IMG/VR virus record: IMGVR_UViG_3300044617_002200
Location: 1-64,000 of that record
DNA: 64,000 nt
Direction: 5' to 3' (one strand)
DNA from: a virus
Each line of letters opens with the position of its first letter. Position 1 is the first letter of the stretch. The notes below the pieces were generated by a model. The model saw only the letters and a program-made list of their open reading frames with translations. It did not search any database and was not told the origin of the DNA. This document shows, piece after piece, positions 36,652 to 47,179 of the stretch. The position numbers and the translations under genes are program-made.

Positions 36652-39504
36652 TTAATTATCCAAATCGGTTATTACTAATTGATCATTAGAATTATAGTAG
36701 GATAAACGAGATTGGTTATTTGAATTTTTTAAAAATTTTACAGAATAAGACGAATAAACATGTGCATTCTGTGCAGCAAGATTCAAATTAGAACCAGAAA
36801 AAGAACCTTCATTATATCTAAAATTATCACCAATTACATTTTTTTCGAAATTGTTGAAAATATTATTTTCAAAAAAATTACCTATTAATAAGTTACTATT
36901 AAAGTTTTGCCCTATGTAATTTTTATAGAAAGAACCCTTTATTAAATTTCCCGAAAAAGAGTTTGATATTTCATTATTAAAACACTTAGAAATATTATTT
37001 GAATTAAATTGGTCACCTACTGCATTAGAATAAAATCCACTTCCTATAATATTTGAAGAAAACTCGTCTCCTATTTTATTTCTATAAAAATATCGAGCAT
37101 CAATAGTATTATTGCTAAAATCTGACCCTATTTCATTAGAATAACAATTAATGTTTTGACCGCTAGGAACATAAAAAACACTGTTTATTAATTTTTTAAT
37201 ATATATATCTTTAACACCTGTAGAATTTAAAATCCCCGTATTAGTAATTGAGTTTGAAAAAATCGGCTGTTGTATCAAAGCTCCTGTTAAAACTGGTAGT
37301 GTCAAAATATTTGTTGAGCCATTTGATTTTATATTAAAAAAGTCTAACTCGTCACTTGTAGCAAAATAACTATCTGCTTCAATAAAAGGAGTTAACTGCT
37401 GCCACCAATCAGAATTCTGATCTGGGCTTTTATTTATATTTGAATTTTTTAGAGAGATAAATAACTTACCAGCACTTGTTTTTACAACATCGTCTTTACT
37501 ATAATTATAGGATGTGCTGTATAAAACAACCGAGCTTAAATCTAATTTACCGCAATTTACGGTCAAATTTCTCCAATCACAAGATATATCAATACTATTT
37601 TTAGTGTCTATTCTTCTATAAATCCAACCCTTAAAATCATTTATTTCTGTATTATTATTGCTCTCCCAAGTATAACTGGTTTTAGCTTCGTCATCATAAT
37701 ATATAATATCTTCTGGATATATTGTTGAAAAAGCATTTTTGGCGATGGAATTTTTGGTTAAAGCCATAACAACCAAAGGTTCAAAGTATTTCCCACTTTT
37801 TACTGTTTTATCTGTACTACTTTTGTTCCACCATTTAGAAATAAAATCGGTTATCTCATAATAAGAACCTTCTGTTAAAAGGTTGTTGTTTTTTAAATTT
37901 TTGAACCCACTAAAAGTTAATTTATTATAATTTTGATAATTCTCTGATTCTATTACTTGTTGGTTTGAATAATTTTTAAGCCTCCACTCCGGAGAAATAA
38001 ATACAAACTCCGCAAAATCGCCTATTTTAGGATTTTGTATATTATACAATGTTAAATTCTCGGAAAAAGAGTTTCCAGTTAAATATTTAAATCTAAAACT
38101 TAAAGAGTCTGGATTCTGAATATTTAAAGAAACATTGTAATATAATATATCTCCATTTTGAGCGTTTTGACCAGAAACATCTGGTAAATCAATTATACAT
38201 GCTCCTGTCGTATCAAAAAGACAATCAATATATAAATTTCTAGATGCAGGCGTTTTCGAAATTAAAAAATCATCAACAAACCATGCGCTGTTAACTTTAT
38301 CATAGCCAGTCAAATAATTTAGAGTTTCTTCTAATAAGAAGATATCCCCCATTTCATGCGGGTGTTCTGATTTAGCGTATTGTAGAAACGGAATAGACTC
38401 TAATGTCCAAAAATTCGAATTTTTATTCTTAAATTCTATAAAATAATCTCTATTAGAAATCTCTGAATATATATTATATAAAGAATAATAGTCAGGCCCC
38501 TCTAATAAATTTTGCCCGTTAAAAGATATTTTGTATTCATAACCAGATTTAATTTTATTAATTAAAACTGGATCTACATATGACAATTTAAATTTTATAT
38601 TATTTCCAGATTCAGATAAGTTCAAATCCGGTAAGTTTATATTAAAATCCCCAGTTTGGTAAATATAAATATCGTATTCAGTATTATTTTTATTCGTTAA
38701 AAAAATATTTCTATTTCCACTCAAAAAAATACTTTCAAAGTTTATTTTATTTGAAAAGGCACTATTTGAACCCCAATTTATTTTTTTTAGCGCTCTTTTC
38801 TCATAAAGGGGATGAATGATAGGATAAACAAGATTAGGAATTAAAGGCCCATCATATTCTATCATCACATAAGATTCAAAATCTGAATTTAAATCTTGTT
38901 GATTTTGTTTTGATATATTAACGATATTTCCAGTTCTTATCCCTAAAGGTAAATCAACCGATTCAGTAAATGGTACTCCAAATAAATTATATATTCCAAA
39001 AGAAGTATGTCCGTTAATCGTATCAATATAAGAATTTCCCTCTAAAATTATATTAGAGTCTTTATCAAAAACTACGTCTACTCCAGAAAAATAAACTCCA
39101 GAAGTAAAAAAAGATTTTGACCCAGAAATAAAATTTTGAAGACCAACAATATCCCCTTCCAACAAGATTTTTTTACCGCTTATATATATTGCTTTATCAA
39201 ATATTTTTTCTCCAGAAATTATTTGATCACCAGTTGTATAAACTACATTTTCTAAATTTATAATCCCGGTGCCAGAAATGATATTATTAGTGATATCGCC
39301 TTCAAGTAAAACTCTTTTGTTATCAACTATAGGTCTGTTCGAAAAAGTTTTTTGACCTTGTATATTTTGATTTCCAGTAGTATATACAACATCTTTAATT
39401 AAACTATCAACTTGCCCAAAAGATGGGAAAAGTAATTGTCCATATTCATAAACTGCTCCGCTAATATCAGCGTCAATTTGTCTTCTTTTAATTAAACTTC
39501 TCAT
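36652..39504 (-). CDS. Fibre/spike protein with VYTTGxQ shaft repeats and C-terminal NxIGxxF beta-helix-like repeats
   Basis: VVYTTGNQNIQGQKTF and VVYTTGDQIISGEKIF; C-terminal half homologous to 58482..61052 (FKGWIYRR.DTK..IDI..DWR; RLSY.N..DQLV.TD). Confidence 0.7.
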   Translation of the reverse strand: MRSLIKRRQIDADISGAVYEYGQLLFPSFGQVDSLIKDVVYTTGNQNIQGQKTFSNRPIVDNKRVLLEGDITNNIISGTGIINLENVVYTTGDQIISGEKIFDKAIYISGKKILLEGDIVGLQNFISGSKSFFTSGVYFSGVDVVFDKDSNIILEGNSYIDTINGHTSFGIYNLFGVPFTESVDLPLGIRTGNIVNISKQNQQDLNSDFESYVMIEYDGPLIPNLVYPIIHPLYEKRALKKINWGSNSAFSNKINFESIFLSGNRNIFLTNKNNTEYDIYIYQTGDFNINLPDLNLSESGNNIKFKLSYVDPVLINKIKSGYEYKISFNGQNLLEGPDYYSLYNIYSEISNRDYFIEFKNKNSNFWTLESIPFLQYAKSEHPHEMGDIFLLEETLNYLTGYDKVNSAWFVDDFLISKTPASRNLYIDCLFDTTGACIIDLPDVSGQNAQNGDILYYNVSLNIQNPDSLSFRFKYLTGNSFSENLTLYNIQNPKIGDFAEFVFISPEWRLKNYSNQQVIESENYQNYNKLTFSGFKNLKNNNLLTEGSYYEITDFISKWWNKSSTDKTVKSGKYFEPLVVMALTKNSIAKNAFSTIYPEDIIYYDDEAKTSYTWESNNNTEINDFKGWIYRRIDTKNSIDISCDWRNLTVNCGKLDLSSVVLYSTSYNYSKDDVVKTSAGKLFISLKNSNINKSPDQNSDWWQQLTPFIEADSYFATSDELDFFNIKSNGSTNILTLPVLTGALIQQPIFSNSITNTGILNSTGVKDIYIKKLINSVFYVPSGQNINCYSNEIGSDFSNNTIDARYFYRNKIGDEFSSNIIGSGFYSNAVGDQFNSNNISKCFNNEISNSFSGNLIKGSFYKNYIGQNFNSNLLIGNFFENNIFNNFEKNVIGDNFRYNEGSFSGSNLNLAAQNAHVYSSYSVKFLKNSNNQSRLSYYNSNDQLVITDLDN

Positions 39505-41423
39505 TGTCTATCAAGATTTTTTTTACTGTGAAAAAGTACGATAGCAGTTTTTATATCAACGCCGAAATTCTCAGAAATCTTATTAATTTCTTCTAAATTA
39601 TGCGCTTTAATAGTTTTTGGTTCTTTGCAATATTCTTCTATTTTTGAATTCCAATTAAGAGGGTCTTCATTTATTGCAATCATTTCCGAGACATCTTTTA
39701 TTATGTTTCTTTGATCTGCTGTAAGTCTTTTTTTATTAAATTGATTCTTCAGTTTAGAAGTAATATTACTTTCTAATTGATCATACGATAGTAAATTTTT
39801 TGTAACTAAATTTGCATCAATTAAATCATTATAGGAAGAAGCCGTACCTATTTTACCAGGAGTTTTAGTTGATTGCTTTACACCGGTTGTTCCACCTGGA
39901 CGACCAGCTTCCGTATTTAAATTTTGAGCTTTGTTTAATAGAGGTTGATACAAACCGTCTTCTTGAAGTTTCGTAAACTTTTTTTGAGATTCTATACTTT
40001 CTTCAGGAAGCGGAAGTCTTCCTGTATCAATAGCGGTGAGTCCTTCTTCTGGAGTCAAAACTCCAAGTTCTATCAATCTAGAATATATCCGTGTTAAATT
40101 CGAATCACTTTTGAAGTCAGCGTCTTTGAACCTTGGCGTCGGCAAGTTTTTAAAGTTTAAATTTTTACCTATTTTTTTAATTTCTGGTATTATAAACTCA
40201 TTCAAAAAGGTTTCTCTAGCGTGTTTTAAACGTGACAAAAAAACTTCAATTTTCGTTGAGGTATTAGCATACTTTTCCTCTCCAAATAAAACATTGTTCA
40301 ACCCATATCTAATGTCCCTATCAACAACTTCATATTTTTTGGGATCCAGAATCTGGCCAATTTCGGGTATAATGAACTTTATATTAGTTGTGTAATCTGT
40401 AACTAAAATTCTACCAACGCTTTCGTTTTCAAAAATTTTTCTTAAGTTTCCAATTTGGTCTTTTGTCGGCATACCAACTTCGTCATTCCCCATAGTTACT
40501 AATAAAACAGCTTGCTGTATTGTTCTGCTAATAGCCATATCCATATTTTTAAGCTCCGCTTTCCAGTTAATATCTTCTAAAACAGGAAAACCCATTGGTA
40601 CACTAAAAGGTTCGTAATCTTGTTTTTTATAAAAAATTGGTATAAATTTTTCTTCATCTAAATCAAAAACCATTTGTTGATGTAAGTTGGATGTTTTAGC
40701 GTCCTTAAATTTTTTAATATCAACTATTTTTTCAGATAATTGTTTATCCTGAGGAGTACTAGGATTTAATAAAACTTGCATTTCAAAATCATTTAGTATT
40801 TTAATATATTTTGGAGTTATAAAAGAAGCTGACCCTACAGCCTGTATATCGGCTGGATTCAATATAACATATCTAATTGGAATTTGATTAGATTTAGCCT
40901 CGCCAATCATTAAGTCTGAAATAACACGCATATCTTGTTTATTAAATTCAGCGCTTAATTTATATAAAAATACGTTGCCACTTCTAAAAAACTCGCGAAA
41001 AAACATATCCTGCAGTCTCCACAAATTAATTTTGTCTGACCAGCTTGTGAAAAATTTTCTTGATTGCTCGTTTCCTCCTGTAAAATATATTGGAGAACAG
41101 CTAAATTCAGTCATTAAATCAATAGTATTTCTAAATATTGAAAAATTATAATAAGCTTTTTGACACAAAATAATAGTGTCTTTTATACTAATGTTAGAAT
41201 TGTATTTTCCTCCTCCACTTCCATAAGTAAAAGGTATAACCCCTCCCTCTATATTTGCATACTTATCAGATCTTGATATTGAGGCGGAACGATTCCTTCT
41301 TACCGAAGAAGATTGATTAGATGTAGACGTATCTACTGACCTAGAACCCTTAACTTGAATCAAAGAATCACTCGAGGCTTGTATTACTTGCGGAACCGGG
41401 AAATTAATATTTTTTTTATTCAT
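39501..41423 (-). CDS. Portal protein
   Basis: IFRNTIDLMTEFS, FREFFRSGNVF; directly after the terminase. Confidence 0.8.
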   Translation of the reverse strand: MNKKNINFPVPQVIQASSDSLIQVKGSRSVDTSTSNQSSSVRRNRSASISRSDKYANIEGGVIPFTYGSGGGKYNSNISIKDTIILCQKAYYNFSIFRNTIDLMTEFSCSPIYFTGGNEQSRKFFTSWSDKINLWRLQDMFFREFFRSGNVFLYKLSAEFNKQDMRVISDLMIGEAKSNQIPIRYVILNPADIQAVGSASFITPKYIKILNDFEMQVLLNPSTPQDKQLSEKIVDIKKFKDAKTSNLHQQMVFDLDEEKFIPIFYKKQDYEPFSVPMGFPVLEDINWKAELKNMDMAISRTIQQAVLLVTMGNDEVGMPTKDQIGNLRKIFENESVGRILVTDYTTNIKFIIPEIGQILDPKKYEVVDRDIRYGLNNVLFGEEKYANTSTKIEVFLSRLKHARETFLNEFIIPEIKKIGKNLNFKNLPTPRFKDADFKSDSNLTRIYSRLIELGVLTPEEGLTAIDTGRLPLPEESIESQKKFTKLQEDGLYQPLLNKAQNLNTEAGRPGGTTGVKQSTKTPGKIGTASSYNDLIDANLVTKNLLSYDQLESNITSKLKNQFNKKRLTADQRNIIKDVSEMIAINEDPLNWNSKIEEYCKEPKTIKAHNLEEINKISENFGVDIKTAIVLFHSKKNLDRQ

Positions 41424-41450
41424 TACAATATTATATAGATTATAATCAAA

Positions 41451-41456
41451 TTACAC
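41451..41456 (-). promoter_or_regulatory. GTGTAA putative late promoter
   Basis: 27 nt upstream of ATG 41423. Confidence 0.6.
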
Positions 41457-41467
41457 CTAAATACCTA

Positions 41468-43369
41468 TTACAGAAGCTCAGCTATAAAAGTAGTATTTTT
41501 TTTAACAAAATTTTCTGGGTCTACAATATCAAAATATATCTTTAACCCCCAATTACTTAACATCAACGTGGTATAATTATCTTTTCTTGCTCTATTTATG
41601 CTAGTAGACCTTTTAAGATGATAAGGCAAATCAAAGCTCTGAGTTCCTCTAGAAGTAGTAGTAACTTCAATGTTTGCGCATTGTTCTTTCGTATCTTTTA
41701 TTATAAAGTCCTGTTCTTCTATAAATTCTCTAACAGTCAATTTTTTTGTTTCATATTCGGTGTCTGCTTTATCTCCTATACCTCTAGGACAAATATCTGA
41801 CATCGGTAAGTTCATTGAAAAAACATTTTCTAAAATGTCGGGGTGACAGCTAGCACGAGATGCAAACCATATTTTTTTATGGTCTATACATGTTTGAAGA
41901 TAAGAGTTTGCTCTAGATAAAAAAGCAGAAGTAAAATATTGTTTCACACATATTGAACCAAAGTCTCTGTTATATTGAGACGCGCAATTTTTTACCATTT
42001 TTACGTAATCTTCATTTTCTTTATCTGAATCAAAATCTATAAAACCTATTTTTTTATTAATTTTTTTAAAAAATTCTGAATTATTTACTGCATCTATAAA
42101 AGTGTCTGCTCCGGCATGATCAATAATAACTAACGCTATATTAAAATGTTTATATAAATAATAAAAATATTTAATATGATCTTGCAATGAAGCTCCCGCT
42201 ACTTGGTAACCATGAACTACGACTCCTTGTTTTTTTTCCTCATCTATTTCAACAACACTCATCGCAAAATAATCTGCTGTTTTAGAAGCAGAAAAATTAG
42301 GGTCTATTCCTAAAATATATTTTTTGTCACTATCACCGACTATTTTCGTTGTAGGGTATTCTCCATCTGGTATAGTACACAAATGCATTTTTTGAGGAGA
42401 AAAATAACTATCCCCACCATCAATGAATCTAGCGCAATATTCTCTTAAAAATGAATGATGAGAACTTCCCCCGCTTTTAGCTACTTGAATTGCAGCTTGG
42501 TCTACCATATGAGAAGGTAAGGCCTCGTAACTCAATTGTGAAATAAAATAAGTTCCCGGCAATTCTCCATCTTTAGCTGTTTGAACGTCAGGATTTTCAA
42601 TTAAATGCGACCATTTTTGATAAACATTAAATAAATGCTCGAAAGTATAACTAGCGGAACTCAAAGCTAACATTTGAGAAGTGTTTTCAAAAATTTGACG
42701 ATTATCAGGATGTAGTAATCCTTTTTGAATTAATTCCTCTTCAAGTCTTCTAATTCGGATTCTTTCTCCAACATCACGAGGGGAACTTAAAAATGGAATC
42801 AATACATTATCAATAATATCTGCTGGTAATAATAAAAACTCATCCAGAATCAGAACATTAGCTCTGATACCTCTAATTTTTTCTCCAGTCAATGGAATTG
42901 CTGTTATGCTACCCCCATTTATCTGCCATTCATATTGATCATTCCTCTTACTTTTTAAACCAAAACATTGCATAGCTAACCGGGCGACAGATGAACTCAA
43001 GAATTTTTCTATTTCATTAAAAACTCTACGGCTAGTTCTAAAATTTACAGAAGCTATTAATATTTTAGTTCCTGGTTCAAATATACATTTCAATATGCAA
43101 TAAATGGCCGCACAAAAACTTTTAGCGCACCCTCTTCCCCATATCAGCATACAATAATTCTTATTAAAAAAAGAATTAAGAGTTAGTTCTTGATATGATT
43201 CTAACGTCAAACCTAATATTAAATCAGTCGTAAAGCCTAGATTATATCTCAAAAACTTCGCTAAAGAAATTCGAGCGTCCATATCAGAAAGCTCTCCTTT
43301 AAGAGACAGGAGTTCTTTATTTACATTCTTTATATTTTTTTTATTTTGATTACCTATTATTAAACTCAT
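41468..43369 (-). CDS. terL: Terminase large subunit
   Basis: Walker A GRGCAKS, Walker B LILDE, coupling motif LSSA, nuclease ILGIDP...ADYFA...KDNYT. Confidence 0.9.
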   Translation of the reverse strand: MSLIIGNQNKKNIKNVNKELLSLKGELSDMDARISLAKFLRYNLGFTTDLILGLTLESYQELTLNSFFNKNYCMLIWGRGCAKSFCAAIYCILKCIFEPGTKILIASVNFRTSRRVFNEIEKFLSSSVARLAMQCFGLKSKRNDQYEWQINGGSITAIPLTGEKIRGIRANVLILDEFLLLPADIIDNVLIPFLSSPRDVGERIRIRRLEEELIQKGLLHPDNRQIFENTSQMLALSSASYTFEHLFNVYQKWSHLIENPDVQTAKDGELPGTYFISQLSYEALPSHMVDQAAIQVAKSGGSSHHSFLREYCARFIDGGDSYFSPQKMHLCTIPDGEYPTTKIVGDSDKKYILGIDPNFSASKTADYFAMSVVEIDEEKKQGVVVHGYQVAGASLQDHIKYFYYLYKHFNIALVIIDHAGADTFIDAVNNSEFFKKINKKIGFIDFDSDKENEDYVKMVKNCASQYNRDFGSICVKQYFTSAFLSRANSYLQTCIDHKKIWFASRASCHPDILENVFSMNLPMSDICPRGIGDKADTEYETKKLTVREFIEEQDFIIKDTKEQCANIEVTTTSRGTQSFDLPYHLKRSTSINRARKDNYTTLMLSNWGLKIYFDIVDPENFVKKNTTFIAELL

Positions 43370-44291
43370 ATTTATTAAAGTAATATTGTAAATCTAAATT
43401 TTTAAGCTTATCTTTTTCAAGACTTAATATCTTCAAGGAATATTTAGTAGCCTCTTCTTTATTTTTGGCAAAAACAAATTGAAGATTATTAAAATCTTTA
43501 TTTAAAACTCTCATTCGGTGAGCTATAAACTCACCTGAAGCTTTTCCAAAAAAATTTTTTTTGTATAATATGTCGTTTAAAGTTGACTCAACAACTACTA
43601 TTAAATACCCATCTAAATCCAAACTTCTTTTTATTTCGTTTTGAAAGCGTATAAAACCTTTACTTAAAGTATTTATAAAATCTGACGCGCTTTTTCTTTC
43701 TATTGAAACCGAAGGATCTTCCAAAGAAGCGTAATCTCCAAATTCTAACTTTTTATTTGTAACATTTACGCAACTGTCAAAAACAAAAGGCTTTTGCTCT
43801 CTAGTATCGACAATTAAGTTAGAAACTTTATTAAATTTTAAACTTTTTAAAAATTTTTCATTATATTTAAATAATGATTTTAAACTTAAAATTTCACAAA
43901 TTTCGTCGAAGTTCATATTAATAGACTCTTCGATATAAGAAATTGGTAATAAACAATTAACAGTGCTAATAATAGCTTCCGGCAACGCATTTTCTATATT
44001 TTTTAATAATATATAATTTTTATATTTATTAAATATATAATCGCGCCTTTCTTCTACAGATTTAGACTTCAACCATAATTTTAAATTTTTTCTATTATTA
44101 AAATCGCTTAACAAGTATTGTTCTAATGATTTAAATTTTATAGCGCTTTTATCATAAAAGTCAAATTTTTTTTCGTATTTATTTATATAATCTTTTAAAG
44201 AAATATTATGTTTAGATTTTAAATAATTTATAAAAGTTTTTACTTCTACCTCTTTATTATCAATCTTACAATAGATTTTATAATTATCCAT
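43350..44291 (-). CDS. ERCC4/XPF-like nuclease
   Basis: IVDTREQKP, GDY, IERKS..DF, IVVVE motifs; likely start MDNYK at 44291. Confidence 0.8.
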   Translation of the reverse strand: MDNYKIYCKIDNKEVEVKTFINYLKSKHNISLKDYINKYEKKFDFYDKSAIKFKSLEQYLLSDFNNRKNLKLWLKSKSVEERRDYIFNKYKNYILLKNIENALPEAIISTVNCLLPISYIEESINMNFDEICEILSLKSLFKYNEKFLKSLKFNKVSNLIVDTREQKPFVFDSCVNVTNKKLEFGDYASLEDPSVSIERKSASDFINTLSKGFIRFQNEIKRSLDLDGYLIVVVESTLNDILYKKNFFGKASGEFIAHRMRVLNKDFNNLQFVFAKNKEEATKYSLKILSLEKDKLKNLDLQYYFNKYEFNNR

Positions 44292-45378
44292 AGACCATTT
44301 CATCTATATCAATACCTTTTATTATAGCTTTTAATTCATCCATCGATGACAGACGCTTCGCTTCCTGTTCTAAATTTTGCTTCTGGGCCTCTGCTAAATT
44401 AATAATAGATTTTCTTTTTTCTTCGTCTTTCCAAGCTTGAACCAAATTTAGAATACTCGCATTTTCTTCTTTTCGTTCTTGTAATTTTTTAGACCTATCA
44501 TCCACTAGAGATTTATAAAGTTTATTTTGTCTTCCGCGACATTGATTATATTCTGTCTGAAGATTATTAATAGCTTCATTTAACTGCATTTTTATGTTTC
44601 TACCCTCGTCTTCTTCAGAAGACTGCCTTAACATCTGCCTAAGTTCTTCAACTTGTTGTAAAATAGTAGAAGCAGTGACCACTTCTGTACATAATGTAAT
44701 AAATTGATCTAATTCTTCTTGAGAAAGATCTTCTTTATTATAAGTATAACGAATAAAAGCGTCCTCAAACAACTTTCTATCATCTTCTCTTTTGTAGGTA
44801 TTTATTTGATAACAAAAACTAAAAGTATTCAAATATCTTTGAAGAGACTCTGCTTGTTTTAACTGTATTGCTTTTAATTCTAAAGTCCAATTTAAATTTA
44901 AGTATCTATTAATTCTGGCTACAGTTTGGTCTAATCTTCTAGGTGGGAAATATTCAGTTATTATATTGTCGTTATCTTGTTTTTCTTCAGGGATATAATC
45001 AATTTGTTCAAAAGAATTTTCTTCTTTACTTTTTAATAAATTTATATATTTACTAACCTCTTTAGATTCTAAACTCAAATGTGTTAATTCTTTTTTAAAA
45101 ATTAATTTAGCGATATCTAAATAGTGCTGATCTTTAAAATTATTTTTTATAAACTCTTTTTGATCTTCTGTTAAAGAAATTCTTTCCCTTTGATAAACGG
45201 AACGACTTTTATATTCAATATTGTTATCGATTATGAATTTTTTAATTTCCCTGCCCTGTTTGCTTCTCGTGTCTATATTTTTATTTTCATAAACAAAAGC
45301 TGTAATCTCTGTAAGAGTCGCTTCTGGGTTCTTATTTAGTATTTCATAAATACGACTTTTATGATTTTCATTTAACAT
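44284..45378 (-). CDS. Coiled-coil hypothetical protein (candidate small terminase)
   Basis: HTH-like N-terminal segments and long coiled coil upstream of terL; function inferred from position only. Confidence 0.4.
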   Translation of the reverse strand: MLNENHKSRIYEILNKNPEATLTEITAFVYENKNIDTRSKQGREIKKFIIDNNIEYKSRSVYQRERISLTEDQKEFIKNNFKDQHYLDIAKLIFKKELTHLSLESKEVSKYINLLKSKEENSFEQIDYIPEEKQDNDNIITEYFPPRRLDQTVARINRYLNLNWTLELKAIQLKQAESLQRYLNTFSFCYQINTYKREDDRKLFEDAFIRYTYNKEDLSQEELDQFITLCTEVVTASTILQQVEELRQMLRQSSEEDEGRNIKMQLNEAINNLQTEYNQCRGRQNKLYKSLVDDRSKKLQERKEENASILNLVQAWKDEEKRKSIINLAEAQKQNLEQEAKRLSSMDELKAIIKGIDIDEMVYG

Positions 45379-45380
45379 AA

Positions 45381-46082
45381 TCAGATAACTTCTTTAACTA
45401 AAATCCTAGCTTTTTGTAAAATTCTAGATTTTATTTTACCTATCTGCCTATAAGCTGGGCGTCCTTCTTTTAAACTCAATTTATAGCCCATCTTACTTGC
45501 GACTTCATTTTCTTCTAAATTTTGCAAGAATAATAAGTCGTAAACTTTCCATTCTATTACTGTTAAATTTTTTTTCATTAATTCATGAAAATGAGGTAAA
45601 ACCTTGTCTATATCAAAAAAAGATACAGACTCTTGTATCGAGTGCTCTAATGTTATTTCTGGAATATCTGAAATCGGAGTATGGATGCTTATTGGAAATT
45701 TTATATCATAAGCGGGTTTTTTATTTTTTTCCCATTTTGAATAATCTTTGCATTGACTATTTTGCAATCCATATACAGCGCAATTATTTTCGCCCATGTT
45801 AAATTTGCATTTAAGGCACGGTCTAGAAAAATTTGAATAATAATTACGAATCATATTTGTCATCTGATGATTAATTACTTGGTTAAGCCAAGGTCTAAGG
45901 GGTCTAGACGCGTCCCATTTAACCCATTTTTTATAAATATGTAATTTTAGTTTTTGAGAAACATCTTCAAAATCCATCCAAGATATAGCTGTTAAGTGCC
46001 ATCGATGTTTTCTTTTTTGTATTTCTGAGTCAATTATTTCTATACTTTCTTCAAAAGAGGGTCTTAAAATTTTTTTTCTCAT
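45381..46082 (-). CDS. Phage RNA polymerase sigma factor with Cys4 insert
   Basis: Region 2-like DFEDVSQ...WDASRPLRPWL...NMIR; region 4-like LTVIEWKVY...EVASKMG...RQI. Confidence 0.75.
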   Translation of the reverse strand: MRKKILRPSFEESIEIIDSEIQKRKHRWHLTAISWMDFEDVSQKLKLHIYKKWVKWDASRPLRPWLNQVINHQMTNMIRNYYSNFSRPCLKCKFNMGENNCAVYGLQNSQCKDYSKWEKNKKPAYDIKFPISIHTPISDIPEITLEHSIQESVSFFDIDKVLPHFHELMKKNLTVIEWKVYDLLFLQNLEENEVASKMGYKLSLKEGRPAYRQIGKIKSRILQKARILVKEVI

Positions 46083-46085
46083 GTT

Positions 46086-46505
46086 TCATTTATTTCTAGA
46101 ACAACCGGCTTCATTTTTGAAAGCTTCTAAAATTTCGTTAGAAGACCTTGGTGAATCACTTATATATTGTTCGGTTTTAATTTTAATTGAATCAGTTCCC
46201 TCATTATTTTCATCAAAATAATCTGAATTTTCATTAGCATTGATTAAATCTCCTAAAGTATGATTTGATTTACTTATATCTGCTTGAAAAGTAAAAGACG
46301 GTTTTACACGTTTAAAATTTACAAATTGAGAAACTTCTATCGAATCTTCTTTATAAAGATTATCTTTATAAGCTAAAGTATTAGGTAAAACTGGTTTATT
46401 TTTTTCTAAAACTGAAGAAAAAATTGTTTTACAAAAACTACACACATCAGGCCTTTTTGAGAAAAAAGTATTACCTTTACCGCATTTATAGCAATAATAT
46501 TTCAT
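46086..46505 (-). CDS. Zinc-ribbon protein
   Basis: N-terminal CYKC...CSFC. Confidence 0.7.
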   Translation of the reverse strand: MKYYCYKCGKGNTFFSKRPDVCSFCKTIFSSVLEKNKPVLPNTLAYKDNLYKEDSIEVSQFVNFKRVKPSFTFQADISKSNHTLGDLINANENSDYFDENNEGTDSIKIKTEQYISDSPRSSNEILEAFKNEAGCSRNK

Positions 46506-46520
46506 TATATTAATTATAAT

Positions 46521-46567
46521 GTGTACACTTTACTTTAACAAAATTTTTCTTTCTATAAAAAGTGTAA
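46521..46567. promoter_or_regulatory. Divergent pair of GTGTA motifs
   Basis: GTGTAC on the minus strand (46523-46528) before ATG 46505; GTGTAA on the plus strand (46562-46567) 9 nt before ATG 46577. Confidence 0.6.
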
Positions 46568-46576
46568 TTAATAAAC

Positions 46577-47179
46577 ATGAAAGATTTTTTAAAATCTGAT
46601 TTATATCAATATATATTAAACGATATCGAAGACTACGATGGGAAAATTGTTTTTTGTAAAGGCAAGTATTGCGGAGGAGATAATCAGTGCGCAGGTATTT
46701 TCTATATTGATTCAAAAGACCAACCAGTTTTAAAAGTAGCTACAAAAACAACCCTTCCAGAAGAGTGGATCGGAGCTTTAATACATGAATATTGTCATTT
46801 CATACAATGGAGAGATGATTGTAAAGAATGGAGAGATTTTGAATTAAAAGGTCTAGCTTTCTCAGAAATAATACAAACGCCGAAAAAATATAAAAAAGAA
46901 TTATTAGTTTTGTTAAATCTAGAATTAGATTGCGAAAAAAAAGTTGTATCTATACTAGGGAAAAAAAATCTCTTTTTGGATAAAAAAAAATATGTTCAAA
47001 CAGCAAACGCAATTCTTTATAAATATGGATTCCTTTATAAGGAAGGCAAGTGGCCAATAATAAACAAAAATAGATTTGAAAAAATTACCGAGCTTTGTAA
47101 TACAAAATTATTTTCAGATCCACTCCAATACACAGATCTGCCGATAAAAATAAAAGATTTTTTTAAAAATAAAAGTTAA
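46577..47179 (+). CDS. HEXXH zincin-like metallopeptidase
   Basis: LIHEYCHFIQW and downstream LELDCE. Confidence 0.65.
   Translation: MKDFLKSDLYQYILNDIEDYDGKIVFCKGKYCGGDNQCAGIFYIDSKDQPVLKVATKTTLPEEWIGALIHEYCHFIQWRDDCKEWRDFELKGLAFSEIIQTPKKYKKELLVLLNLELDCEKKVVSILGKKNLFLDKKKYVQTANAILYKYGFLYKEGKWPIINKNRFEKITELCNTKLFSDPLQYTDLPIKIKDFFKNKS

Noticed and set aside
8707-46715. Other short antisense or overlapping ORFs in the track (e.g. 8707..9081, 17972..18901, 33408..33833, 45497..45802, 46530..46715)
   Set aside because: They lie opposite well-supported genes and show no motifs or initiation signals.
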